DNA of 64,000 bases from Dimorphilus gyrociliatus (lineage: Eukaryota > Animalia > Annelida), in the NCBI GenBank assembly GCA_904063045.1, contig CAJFCJ010000005.1, positions 1,751,988-1,815,987 of the forward strand. The letters run 5' to 3'. Shown piece after piece: positions 1 to 12,310 of the stretch. Numbering within the stretch: the first letter of the stretch is position 1; each line of letters starts with the position of its first letter. A model generated the notes under the pieces. The model did not search any database. It had not been told where the DNA came from and saw only the letters and a list, made by a program, of their open reading frames with translations. Made by a program: the position numbers and the translations under genes.

Positions 1-53
1 ATATAAAAGTATCAGTTGCATAAATAATAAATTGGTATATTAAAAAAGGATAT

Positions 54-1607
54 CATGTCTAGTTGGTGGAACCTCAACTTCCACTGTTTTGCCGTCATCT
101 ACCAGAGTAGACGTTAATGACATTTTTGTCAATAACTTGGCGATTTTATCTGAATCTGCCCTGATAAAATATTCAAATATTGTAATTTTCAATAAATATT
201 AAATATATTTTAATATATTTTTCCTTACTGTATTCCCAATGATTTGTTGATTTCAGCAGTAGATACTCTCTCCTTTCTGTAAGATAATTCCTAAACAATG
301 AAAAGAGAGATTAACAATGATAATTAGATGATAAATTAGCTGGGCAGTTTACAAACAGGATAAAGATAACTTTTTCCATCAGGATAAACAACTTCAACAT
401 TCTCACATACAAATTGTTCTTTGCAGTGTTCGCTAAACATTGTTATTATAGTATCAAGAACAATAGTAGCTTTATTTAAATCAGTAGCTGTACTCTCGAT
501 AAAAACATTCTTTGTATTTAAGGTAATCTTCGAATGCTCCCCTAAAGTTAACAAAAAGATAAAGCATGAAAACAAGATATGATATAAATCACTAAAAAAG
601 ATATTTAACCGTTTATAATTGGAGGCATCGACAGCACAACCCCATTTTTATCATAGATAACAGGGTAAACAGGCTTGTCTCGTATAATTGATAAATATGG
701 TCTTAAATGCGTTTTCTATAAAAGATACTATAAAGTTTATTTAATTTTATATTAATTTATACATACTTCAAAAATTTCCATCATTTTCGTAGCTGTATAC
801 TCTTGATCATGACCCAATGGTTTGAATTTTATATCTTCGGGCTTCTTTGCATTGTAAGTGAAGGGTCCTTGAATTGTATCCAAGTCATGTGTACCAATAG
901 CTACTAGAGAGCGCACTCGACAAATGTTTCTATGCAATTTGTCCTGAAGATCTATGAAGCTTTGATAAGATTCTTTCGTAAAAGTTATATTGCGAAGAAT
1001 AGCAGATACTGCAAAAGGTCGGACTTGTGAAGTCTGTAATAAAAAAATGATGTCTCTTTTTGAATTATCGTTCCATATTTCGACTGCTTAACAAACCGAT
1101 GGTTGGATCAGAAGCTTATGGATATTTTCTTTACCGGGATTGATAGCTTTGTATTTTGGAGCAATCATTCTGTATGAATAAATAGTTAAAATAGCGGATT
1201 CGAATAATTTTAAAACGTACTTGTTTTGAAATACAAGAAGGCCTCTGGTTAAGCCTTCCATGCAGAGAAGATCATATCTGGAAGTAATAATAGTAAGATA
1301 AGACTAATACAGGAAGATTCAGATGATAAAAAGTACCTATTAGCTGGCACGTCAATTTTGTAAATTACATCATCAGATGCATCTTTTGCCTTATCATCAC
1401 CCTGTTCTCTACTAATAATCTCTTTTTCAGACGTAACCTCATCCAACTCTAATCCGAAAGCAAAACACAAGTCTTGGAATTCATCTTCGGCTGTTGAGAA
1501 GCTTTTGACTTTCAATTATCGTTCACAAAATATAAGCTTTCTCACTTACTATATTCTTTATTTAACGCTTTGAAGAGTTCATCTCGCTTTACCCCAAGAG
1601 TCGGCAT
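54..1607 (-). CDS. FARSB: Phenylalanine--tRNA ligase beta subunit, 5' portion (gene continues past position 1)
   Basis: ATG at 1607 gives [20 protein letters not shown], spliced (intron 1491-1549) to [22 protein letters not shown]...YKIDVPANR|YDLLCMEGL. Later exons give [33 protein letters not shown] and [10 protein letters not shown]. These are recognisable FARSB motifs. Confidence 0.97.
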
Positions 1608-2596
1608 GTTAGAGTAAGATGTTATATAGTAATTTTAATTACAATGAAAGAAATTAATTATTTTTTTATCTGATGCAACGCCACGGCAACTGGATTTGCA
1701 AAACACACTAGTGTACCGGAAGCAAAATATGGTGCCTATTCCATTTACGGAGTTATTCATAAAAATACGTAGGCGATCTATGTGCAGGCTATTGATAGCG
1801 ACCTCTACAGACCTAAAGTCACGTGCACTGTTTAACCAATAATCTCAAAGAGTGACACATCTCTGGAGAAGTAGCCCGGCCTAGGTAAATTAGAAAGGAA
1901 AGAACTACGTGATCGTTATAATAACAAAATTTGCCTAATCAACAAACTATACAAAAGGTATTAAAAGTTTGTTATTGAAGGATTAATGAATCAGTAAGTT
2001 ATTACGAAATTATTAACTTTTTCCTTTCGCTTGTCCGTGAATGTTCTAATGTCCGGTTATAAAAGAAGTTTATTTATGGTAACCTGGATTATTGATAAGC
2101 TAGGAATGTAGAGAGCATCTTGTAATATTCGCTACAAAATTCAAAAATACACAAATTTAGTGCCAAGGAATTTTTGTCGATACCTACCATGTTTGAACGA
2201 TCCTTTTTTTTCCGAGCGCAATGTAAACATTGCCAGACGATAACGATATGAAGTACAATTATTCCAATTTGTTATTAAATGTGCTTAGCAATCATTTTAT
2301 ATGGTTGATAAAGAGAATTTCTTACTATTTTCTAAGTATTGTAGAGAAATGAATAACAACACATAGCTATATCCTTTTAGGCACTAAAAAGCATAACTTG
2401 TTTTTGGCCAACACTTTTTACATTTGTATAAAAAGACATAAAGAATAGTAGTTTGGGCGGGATAAGCTTATGAAGCGAAATGAGAAAGAAAATGGCTTAG
2501 ATTGTATTTGTATTCATAGTATTTTTGATCATTTGTACTTTTGGTGTAATTAGATAGCATCTAAAGTATAATATCAAAAAAATCACACAGGAAATA

Positions 2597-5500
2597 ATGA
2601 CTCTACGAGCTCCAAGAGAATTTCGCTTGCAACCTTTGACGAAGCCTCCAAAACCTGCACCTCCGGCCTTCAGAAAATCTCAAATTTATACCGACCCCAG
2701 AGTTTTTCGCTTAATCGATGCACATGCTATTGAACAGGCGCGTGTTAATTATAGAACGTTCAAGGATCTTATATGGAACCTCGTTTATCTTAACAACTAT
2801 AATGAATTGGAAAAGGTCCGCGTAATATTTAGATGGTTAACTACGAAGAATATGCACACCATTTTCTTTGATCGAGAATTACCTGGTACCCCCGAACTGA
2901 CATTGGCTGGCTTTAAAGAAGATAAATTTACCTATGCGAACGTATTTCAGACAATGTGTCAATATTCTGGCTTGTATTGTGAAACGATAGCTGGATGGGC
3001 CAAGGGAATTGAATATAGACCTGGCCAAACCATAACGAATGGACCACTGAATCATACCTGGAACACTGTTATGATAGACGGAGACTGGCATTTAATTGAT
3101 TCCCATTGGGCCTCAAGATACTTGCAAACAGAGAACAGAAGTTCTGAAAACCTTGTTTATGAATACGACGATTTTTACTTTCTGACACCACCTGAGGAAC
3201 TTATTTATTCTCATTTGCCAGATGAACCATGCTGGCAGCTGATAAAGCCACCCATTACTAAATATCAATTTGAAGATTTTCCTTTAGTTAAGTCTCACTT
3301 TTTCTTATCTGGACTTGGATTCGTTAATCAAAACAAAGGTACATTGCCAACCTCCAATGGAATTATGTCGTTGACGCTGTCGTACAACCGTCCGGCTATG
3401 TTTACTTTCAAGTTAGTCTACGATTACGATAGATCCGAGTACATTGGACCATATTCGTTGAAACGTTACGTAATCCAAGAGACGAGGGCCGACGGTCAAG
3501 TTTCATTCTACTTCAGATCGCCACGAGTGGGGTTTTACTACTTAACAGTGTTTGCTCACCTTCAAACGCCGGGAGAAAGGCTAGGAGTTGAAGCAATCTT
3601 CAAGGTATTTATGATTACCTAATGAATAAATGAATAATAATTGCCGAAAATTACATTTATAATATATCTTGAACTATTTATTCCCGTGCTTCTTCAATTA
3701 CCGATGGATTTAAACAGTATCGTCGGCGGAAACGCCGAATTATGTTTAAGGCGAGCTGTATTGTATAATATATTTAAAAGAATGAACAATTTCATTTTTT
3801 TTAAATTTATTATGTAGTACTGTATATATCAAAATATCCCTTTGTTCTATTTAACTAGTCTACTTGTTTTTATTATTTTTTTTTTGGTAAATAATCTATT
3901 TTATATTCTTTTTAGTCGTCTGTTTTTATAATTGCGATTATCTTTCAAGGTTCTTATTTTATCATGTACACTTTCAGGCCTGTTGCGAATATCGAATTGA
4001 ATGCGATAGCTGTCCTCCGAATGTTCAACCCTTCCCAGAAGGAGCGGACCCCAATTGGGGACCTACAACGACAATCATGTACGACTACGGTTTGAGACCT
4101 TCTCACCAGGAAGCGATCTTATCAGCTCCTAACGGTCTCTGCGAAATCTATTTTGAGAAAGAAAGACATGTTATTATAGATGCTGAGCTCACTGGTGCTG
4201 AGCATCGGGAGATTCTTGCCCAATGCGTTGACGTTTCACAGGGTTCTACAATTGATACTGTAAGCATTCGTCTCCCCACCAAAGGAGAATATTGTCTTCA
4301 AATATATGCAAATGATCCTGAAAGAGATGCTGAAACTTGCATGTTAGTTTGCCAGTACCTTGTTTCATTCACTGAAGGAGAAGTAGCAGCAAATAAATAT
4401 AGAAACATTTACAACACAATGGAATTAAATAGACAACAGGCCGCTCCCAGTTTGTTACAACCAACTGATCGTCCTATAGTGCAACAGCGTAAATTACCGG
4501 CTTTAAGCGATAGCTATAGATGCGATGTAGAGGAGCCCGCTCATAGGATGCCGGGAGCAGAGTATTTCGCGCAAGGTGAGGCCCTACGGGCGAGAATGGC
4601 CCAACAACAAATGAACAGACGAGATTATGATCAGCAGCAGCAAGCTCAACATCAACAACCCCAACACCAGCAGCCTCAACATCTACAAAGTCAGAATCAG
4701 CAACATGGACAACAATGGGCTCAAGCTAACACTGAAAGAAGAGGTAAACCAGTTGAAATAATAAGGGATCGTGGAGCAGGAGGTAATTACGCAAATCGTC
4801 CACCCACCCTACCGAGGAATAGACCTGATCAGCAACAACAACAAAATCAGCAACAACAACAGCATCAGCAACAACAAAATCAAGATTACAGACCCCAGGG
4901 TACTCCGATAGAAATTATAAGGGAGGCACCGGCGAAACCAGTTGAAATTATTCGTCCAAAGAGGGCTGACCGTTCTCCGCGAAACGCCTCCCCAACGCCG
5001 ATTTCTCAGCAAACTTATACATCAGAAGCACATCCTCAAATAGGAGCAAGAAGATATCCGGAAACCGGTAACTATAATTCTTACTCACGGCCCTTTAAGC
5101 CTACTTACTACCTTGTTTTTGTTACTAATAATTCCTTAAGTGTAATGTTGAAGGGAATATTTTACAAAATAGTTTTACTGTTGATGTTGTGCTAATGCGT
5201 GTTGTAAAGCAGGTGCTGAAGATGGAGTATTCAAAGCGACAGCTGTACAAGGCATGTGTTTTTTCCCCCATGTTTATTTTTCTTTTTTTTCCCCCCATAT
5301 TTCTGTTTCCCCTTTTTCTTTCCCTTTTTGCTATATGATCTTTAAATATTTACTTTGGTCAATTTTTAAATTTTTATATATCAAATTATAGGATTTGTAC
5401 CAGAGCAAGAATACGTTCCCCACCCATCTAATATGTATAGACAGGAAATCAGTCCAACGGCACCGCAATCTTTCGAACCCCAAGTTCTGGAATCACAAGA

Positions 5501-7538
5501 AACACTAAGAACGGCTACACCCGCAAAAGCTACGAAACCTTTCAGAGACACAAGGATTTTTGAACATGTTGATACTCACGCTGTTGAGGTTTCACAGCAA
5601 AAACACAGCTCATTCAAAGATCTTGTGTGGCATTTGATCTATGCCAGAGGTATAGAACACGAATTGGAGAAAGCTAGAGCCATATTTTTGTGGCTGTGTT
5701 CAAAGGATTTAGACAGATTAACTTTCGATAATGTCAAACCAGAAACACCAGAAGAAATTCTAATGGACTTGAAAACCAGCAAAGCTACTTATGCCCATGT
5801 ATTCAAAACGTTATGCAGTTACGCCGGCTTACACTGCCAAATTATTTCGGGATATGCAAAGGGTGCAGAATATACACCAGGCATGGTCTTCACTGGAACA
5901 ACAGGGCAACATTCGTGGAATGCTGTTATGATTGAAGGAACCTGGCGTTTAGTCGATTGTCATTGGGCTGCTAGACGTTTAGTTGGTAAAAAAGTAACAA
6001 TCGAAAATGTTCGTTATGAGTTAGATGAATACTATTTCATGCCTGCTCCTTCCCAATTGATATTTACGCATTTCCCAGAAACTCCAAATTGGCAATTGCT
6101 TGAAAAACCTATACTTAAAACAGATTTTGAGAATTTAGTGCCTGTAAAATCAACTTTCTTCAAATACCAACTTAGTACCAGATCCCATAAGGAGGCTGTT
6201 ATCGATGTTAGAGATTCTGTTACTATACACATTGGTGTTCAGCCGGATATGATTGACAGATTAAGCTTTACAATGACCCTCACAATGAAAGATGGTGTCG
6301 ATAAATGGAATAATATTGAGCTTAAACGATTTTGCATGCACGAAGTTGCGGGAGATGTTGCTTATTTTACTATTAGACCGCCCGCACCCGGTTCATACAG
6401 CTTAATTCTATATGCAAAAGAGCAAGGTAACGATCCTGGTGGAAAAAATGTCTATGGAGGAATCTGCGATTACGAGATGAATGTTCTAACCGCTAAACCA
6501 CAACCTTTCCCTCACCGAGTATCATCAACTTACGGTGCTAGTGAGAACGTCAGCAAATATAACATAAAATCAACATTAGAAAGTTCAGTTACTTGGACTC
6601 AAGAGGATGGAATTGCTGAAATTCCCTTACTTATCTCAAGACCGATACGGTTTAACGCTAAACTTAAATCAGTCGACTCTGACGATGATAAATCTTTAGC
6701 GAATTACATTCTTCATAGAGTAGTTAAAGATACGGCAATTTTTTGTATCGCCCCACCAACCTCTGGTGAATATGCTTTAGAAATTTACGCCAATGATCAG
6801 AAGATTGATGGCAATGCTTTGCTATTTATCTATCAATTTTTGATAATTTGTGAAAAGCCCTCACCATATCCAAGGGAATTACCCAGCATGCCCCCTGGAT
6901 ACCTTGGACCCCAATCGACCTTCAATAGACTGGGAATTGACTTAAAATCACACCCAGATCCTTATTTAATAACAAATTCCGATTATGTGGCAATTGAGTT
7001 TACACTCGACCAACCACTTCGCTTTACTTCTCAACTACTTTTCATGTCTAATGGTCGTCAAGAGGATATTACTGATTACATCCTTCATCAGGGTACTCCG
7101 CAAAGTATCACCTTACTTGTACGATTTCCCAGAGGTTATGGATTCTATAAACTCCAATTATACGCACTTCCTTACTCAGATGCTAGTGACAACCTTCCAG
7201 GAATATTCAACTACTTGATAGAGTGTAGAGCAGTAAATACTAAACCCGTTCTCCCATTCCCGAAACAGTTTGGCCAATGGAAAGAAGGCTGCATACTCTA
7301 CGAACCGTTGGACGGTGTGCTTCTTAGTAATGCAAGATGCAACTTCTCCATAAGAACTCCCCCAGGCGCAAACAGCGTAGCAGTAGTAGTAAACGATGAC
7401 TGGAAGAAATTAGAACAAGACGAAGATGGAGTCTGGAATACCCAAATTATTGCTCAAGGAAGAAAGATACCACTCTGCGCTAATTATTCGGAAGGAGCAT
7501 CACAATATTCTACTCTTCTTGAATTTGACGTTAATTAA
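2597..7538 (+). CDS. Hillarin/kyphoscoliosis-peptidase-like protein with two transglutaminase-like domains joined by a Q-rich linker (~1427 aa)
   Basis: Exons 2597-3604, 3978-5067, 5213-5251 (optional) and 5392-7538 join in frame (4284 nt). Both halves carry the KY/hillarin signature (EKxRxIFxW; HxWNxVxIxGxWxLxDxHW; YFxxxPxxxIxxHxP). Confidence 0.85.
4600..4890 (+). repeat. CAA/CAG-rich coding low-complexity region (poly-Q tracts)
   Basis: Runs such as cagcagcagcaagctcaacatcaacaa and cagcaacaacaacaaaatcagcaacaacaacagcatcagcaacaacaa encode QQQQAQHQQPQHQQPQ and QQQQQNQQQQQHQQQQ. Confidence 0.9.
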
Positions 7539-8580
7539 GAAAAGCAAAATGTATTTAATGCAAAAGTTTCAGTTCTATGATAAAATTATTTGTCCTGTAA
7601 CAAGTTCTAGCTATAGACTAATAATCTCTCTCTTTAATTATAATAATTAATATTCAAGTCAACTAATGTTCAAAATACTGTAGTGAATAATTAAACAAAT
7701 ACACGAAGAGTAATAGCATCGATTAAAGCAATTTTCATGTAATATCGCAGGAATTTCAAATATTTCCCCAGTTTATTTAAACGGCAGAGATGTTGACAAA
7801 TTGAAGGTATTTTATTGACTCTTCCGGTCGCAAATTTTCTTTTTTACCTTCCTTGGTAGGAATACGTTTTGTATGGTTCGCTTTACCGAATCCAAAAACA
7901 CGAGACCTTCATTTACAAAAAATCTGTAACTATTGAATTGTCTACCTCTGAAAATATATAGCAAAACTCTGTTTATTCTATTTAACAAAGAAAGCACTGA
8001 TCCGTATATGATAGATATTCGGAGACTATGCAAAGTCCTGCTAAAGATCCTTAATTACTTGTCAACCGTTTTGTTTATATTTTCAATCCAGCAGTATACC
8101 TTTCATATTTGTTTGTGGATATGATAAACGCCTTTCTAAACTATACAGTATCTTCCCATCGCATACTGTATATTTAGAATGAATACAGTTTTTGTCCAAG
8201 TCAGATTGAGCTTGTTCAACAAGTTATTTTTGAATTGAGATATTAACAAAGGGGTATTAGTGTGATAACTCGAACTGTAAGAGAGGATACTCATTGTTCC
8301 ATTAAACAAATAAGAATAATGAATAATTAGAAATTCTAATTATATAACATAACTTTTTGTGATTCATTTAAAAAAGATTCATATGATAGAGATTTTTCCC
8401 TACATCCTATTATATTTAGGCTAATCATCGCAAGTATATTTAGAGCATACTTTTAAACTAATACCTTCGATGAATAATCGTGGTCTAAGGTATTAGGTTT
8501 ACAAAATACTGTTTTTATAATGAACCTCTGGTGGGGAATCATGTTTTATAAATAAACTTTTACCCTCTTGTTTATTGCAA

Positions 8581-8652
8581 TCCCAGTTAGTCTAGTGGTT
8601 ATGATTCCCGGCTCTCACCCGGGCGGCCCGGGTTCGATTCCCGGACTGGGAG
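8581..8652 (+). tRNA. tRNA-Glu (anticodon CTC)
   Basis: Acceptor stem TCCCAGT/ACTGGGA; anticodon arm CCCGG-CT-CTC-AC-CCGGG; T-loop GGTTCGATTCC; followed by a T-run Pol III terminator. Confidence 0.97.
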
Positions 8653-8816
8653 ACTCGTTTTTTTCTTTTCATTACTTTTATTTTACTAAGTTACTTCTAC
8701 TGTTTCGTCCTTCTCGTGTACAGCATGAAAATTTGGGGGGGGGGGGAAATATATGCCTATCTAGTTACTTTTATATCTTTTAATTAATTCTATGTAAAAG
8801 TATAAAAAAAAAAATT

Positions 8817-8889
8817 CGACCGCGACGAGACTCGAACTCGCAATCTTCTGATTCGAAGTCAGACGCCTTATCCATTAGGCCACGCGGCC
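8817..8889 (-). tRNA. tRNA-Arg (anticodon TCG)
   Basis: Reverse complement GGCCGCGTGGCCTAATGGATAAGGCGTCTGACTTCGAATCAGAAGATTGCGAGTTCGAGTCTCGTCGCGGTCG (73 nt), followed by a T-run terminator. Convergent with tRNA-Glu. Confidence 0.97.
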
Positions 8890-9207
8890 GCCTTGAAAAG
8901 CAATGCGGGTTTTCGAACTAACACTAGAATTAAAAAAATACAAAAAATAGTTTTTATATTTTCTAGAACAAAAAAATAGGCCTATATGGCCACACCATCG
9001 ATTTATATTTTAGTTGATTAAAGCTAAAATATCTTAATGACAAAAATATCTGATTTTTTAATTACGCAATAGTTCGTTTTATTGTTTTGTTTTTGTAATT
9101 TATTGATATTTTATAATTTACTCAGCAAAACAATAAACCAATTTGGTAATTGTTTATCAATAGAATATGTTGCTATTAGTTTTTGTCTATTGAAAATTAT
9201 CTCTAAC

Positions 9208-9232
<25 letters not shown>
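9208..9232 (+). repeat. (AG)n microsatellite
   Basis: agagagagag run visible directly. Confidence 0.9.
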
Positions 9233-9238
<6 letters not shown>

Positions 9239-9958
9239 ATCCACTTTGTAAAACAGTAGGGCTACAACAGGGAGAATTACCTTTTTAAAACATGTCGCAG
9301 TAATAACTACTGCAGATCTATTTTTAAAATGTTTATGGTCAACATATCAAATACAAAAATCATTTTACGTAGCATTTTCTTCACATTGTCTCCTCTTTCT
9401 AATTGGTGAGTTCAAAACTGTTAAAGAATTTTTTTTATATATTACTTAAAGTCATAATAGAGAATAGAACAAGAAAGATCGACACAGACAATAAAAACCA
9501 ATGATAAGATAAAGCGTATGATGATAAGATAAAAACTTAAAAAGTATATATCTTTTAATTTATATTATTATGTAATATACTTAAATTATTACTTTAAAAT
9601 TGAATGTTTACTATAAAAAATTAAAGATTTTACGAGATAAATAATAAGTGATCGAAAATAAGCCATTTATAGCGAACTTTTTAAATTTTAGCGCTGTTCT
9701 ATGTAATCTGGTTCTCGTCTAGTTTCCGTTTCCTTCGCTCTGGCGAAGACAGAACTCTTCCTCCTATCAATTTAATAAAGTAGTTTTTTAAACAATTTTC
9801 AACAGTTACAATATAATAACCAACTAATAAGTAAGTTTCATATATTGCCTTTATAATATTGAAAGATTAATAAGTTTGAATAACCCTGTCAAACGATTCT
9901 TACTCTATTGATCGAACACCATAGCGTTCGTTTAGTTCATATTAATTTTTTTATAGAA

Positions 9959-11356
9959 ATGTCCTGCTCCGCCCTATTTGTACTGGATCTTAAAGGCAAG
10001 GTCTTAATAAGTAAAAACTACAGAGGTGACGTCGACATATCATGTATTGATAAATTTATGACTTTGATAATGGAGAAGGAGGAGGAAGGCTATCAAACTC
10101 CAATAATTCAGCATGGAACCACAACGTACATATATATCAAACACAACAATTTGTATTTGGTGTCTATCACGAAGAAAAATGCAAATGCCGCACTCATATT
10201 CGCCTTTCTACATAAAGTTTGTACTTAAGATCGTTTTAGTAATTTGTTGTAACTTGTGTGATTCTTTTAGATTGTTGAAGTATTTACCGAATACTTTAAA
10301 GAATTGGAAGAGGAGTCAATTCGTGATAATTTTGTTATTGTTTATGAATTATTAGATGAAATCATGGATTTTGGATTTCCTCAAACAACCGATTCAAAAA
10401 TTTTACAAGAATATATTACGCAAGAGTGTAATAAATTGGAAGTTGCTCCCAGACCCCCAATGGCAGTTACTAATGCTGTATCTTGGCGTTCGCAAGGAAT
10501 TAATAGACACAAAAAGAATGAAGTATTCCTCGATGTTATTGAATCAGTTAATCTCTTGGTTTCAGCTAAGGGCAACGTACTACGCTCTGAGATTGTTGGT
10601 AGTGTCAAGATGAGAGTTTATCTCAATGGGATGCCAGAGTTAAGATTAGGTTTGAATGATAAAGTTTTGTTCGAATCAACGGGTAGAGGAAAATCAAAAA
10701 GTGTTGAATTGGAGGATGTTAAATTTCATCAGTGCGTTCGATTGTCAAGATTTGAGAATGATCGAACTATATCCTTTATACCGCCTGATGGCGAGTTCGA
10801 TCTAATGAATTACAGATTGAATACGCACATAAAACCATTGATATGGGTGGAGAGCGTCATTGAACGCCATTCGCACTCCAGAGTAGAATACATGATCAAA
10901 GCTAAAAGCCAGTTTAAAAGGAGATCTACTGCAAATAACGTAAAGGTTATCATTCCTGTACCAGTTGACGTCGATTCTCCAAAATTTAAGTGCACGAATG
11001 GAAGCTGTAAATACTCTCCAGACCAGAATTCTATGATATGGACCATAAAGAGTTTTCCAGGAGGAAAAGAGTACCTATTAAGAGCTCACTTTGGTCTACC
11101 GAGTATCGAGGGAGAGGATCTTGAGGGTAAACCTCCCATTCAAGTGCAGTTCGAAATACCTTACTTTACCGTTAGCGGCATTCAGGTAAAATAATTTTAA
11201 TTATTAATAGCAAAAATGAGATAAAATATTCAATAAAATAATTTTTATTTAATTCAGGTCAGATATTTAAAAATCATCGAAAAGTCAGGTTATCAAGCTC
11301 TTCCTTGGGTTCGATATATTACTCAGAATGGAGACTACCAGCTAAGAACTTGTTAA
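9959..11356 (+). CDS. AP1M1: AP-1 adaptor complex subunit mu-1 (423 aa)
   Basis: Exons 9959-10216, 10271-11185 and 11258-11356 total 1272 nt. Starts MSCSALFVLDLKGKVLISKNYRGDV, includes NEVFLDVIESVN and ends YQALPWVRYITQNGDYQLRTC. Confidence 0.97.
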
Positions 11357-12310
11357 AAATAACTATAACTTTGAAATATATGTCACGACAATGAACCACT
11401 TTCATATTTAAACGATAATGCAAATATTTCTCATTCGCGTAAAGAAATTTGTTATGAATATAAAAAGAGTGCAAAATTCAAACAACAATTCTTTTGTGTC
11501 AGTTCTACCAGTTAATATTTTTTTACTTTTATTGATCTTAACAATTCTGGGGAAAAAAAATGGCGTAGCCTTAAACAATGACGAATAATAACTGCCATTT
11601 TTAAAAATCAAGAGCTACACCTTAGTGTAGGTTATTATCTTCAGGTGTTCAAGGTAAATTCAATATATTTCTTATATAAGAAGACAATAACGTCTTACCC
11701 TTTAAATACTACTCTAAAAAAATATATAGAGAACCTTAGTATGATTGTTAAATGATTGTACGTAATATTAAGATGATTATAATAAGAAACTTTTTTAAAG
11801 GCGATAAAAATAGAATGAAAAACTTTTTAGTTTGTCTATTTAGCCATTGTATTGAGTAGTTAATTTAATTTTGCAATTAGATTAGATATAGAATAAATAA
11901 ACTGTATGTATAATATGTTATTTAATTAAAAAATAGTTCATTTTCTAAGTAACGGTATTCGATTACAAAAAAAAGAGACTTCCCCTACTTCATGAATCAT
12001 ATCGTAGTATTATCGATTTTTTTTAAAATATTCTGATTAGAATGCTATTTATTTTGGTATCTTTGATAGTTAAAAGTCAGGTGAAAAGCTAATATTATCT
12101 TTCTTGTAAAAATTTAACAAACGTACATTTTCTTTTCATTTTTACAGACTATAATCGTTCTACTTGAATTCTGCTATTGAATACGACGGTCACATGATTG
12201 CTGCTAACTTGAAATAAACTATTTTATAATCTTTTACCTGTGTAAAAAATTTGATTCGTTCTTGAAAGAGAAGAAAAGAGGACATTGTTTATACAAACTA
12301 AGAAACAACG

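Noticed and set aside
4809-5012. Leu-rich 'TM-like' minus ORF
   Set aside because: Shadow frame of the CAG/CAA poly-Q region.
8568-8783. 71-aa ORF
   Set aside because: It is simply a reading of the tRNA-Glu gene and its flank.
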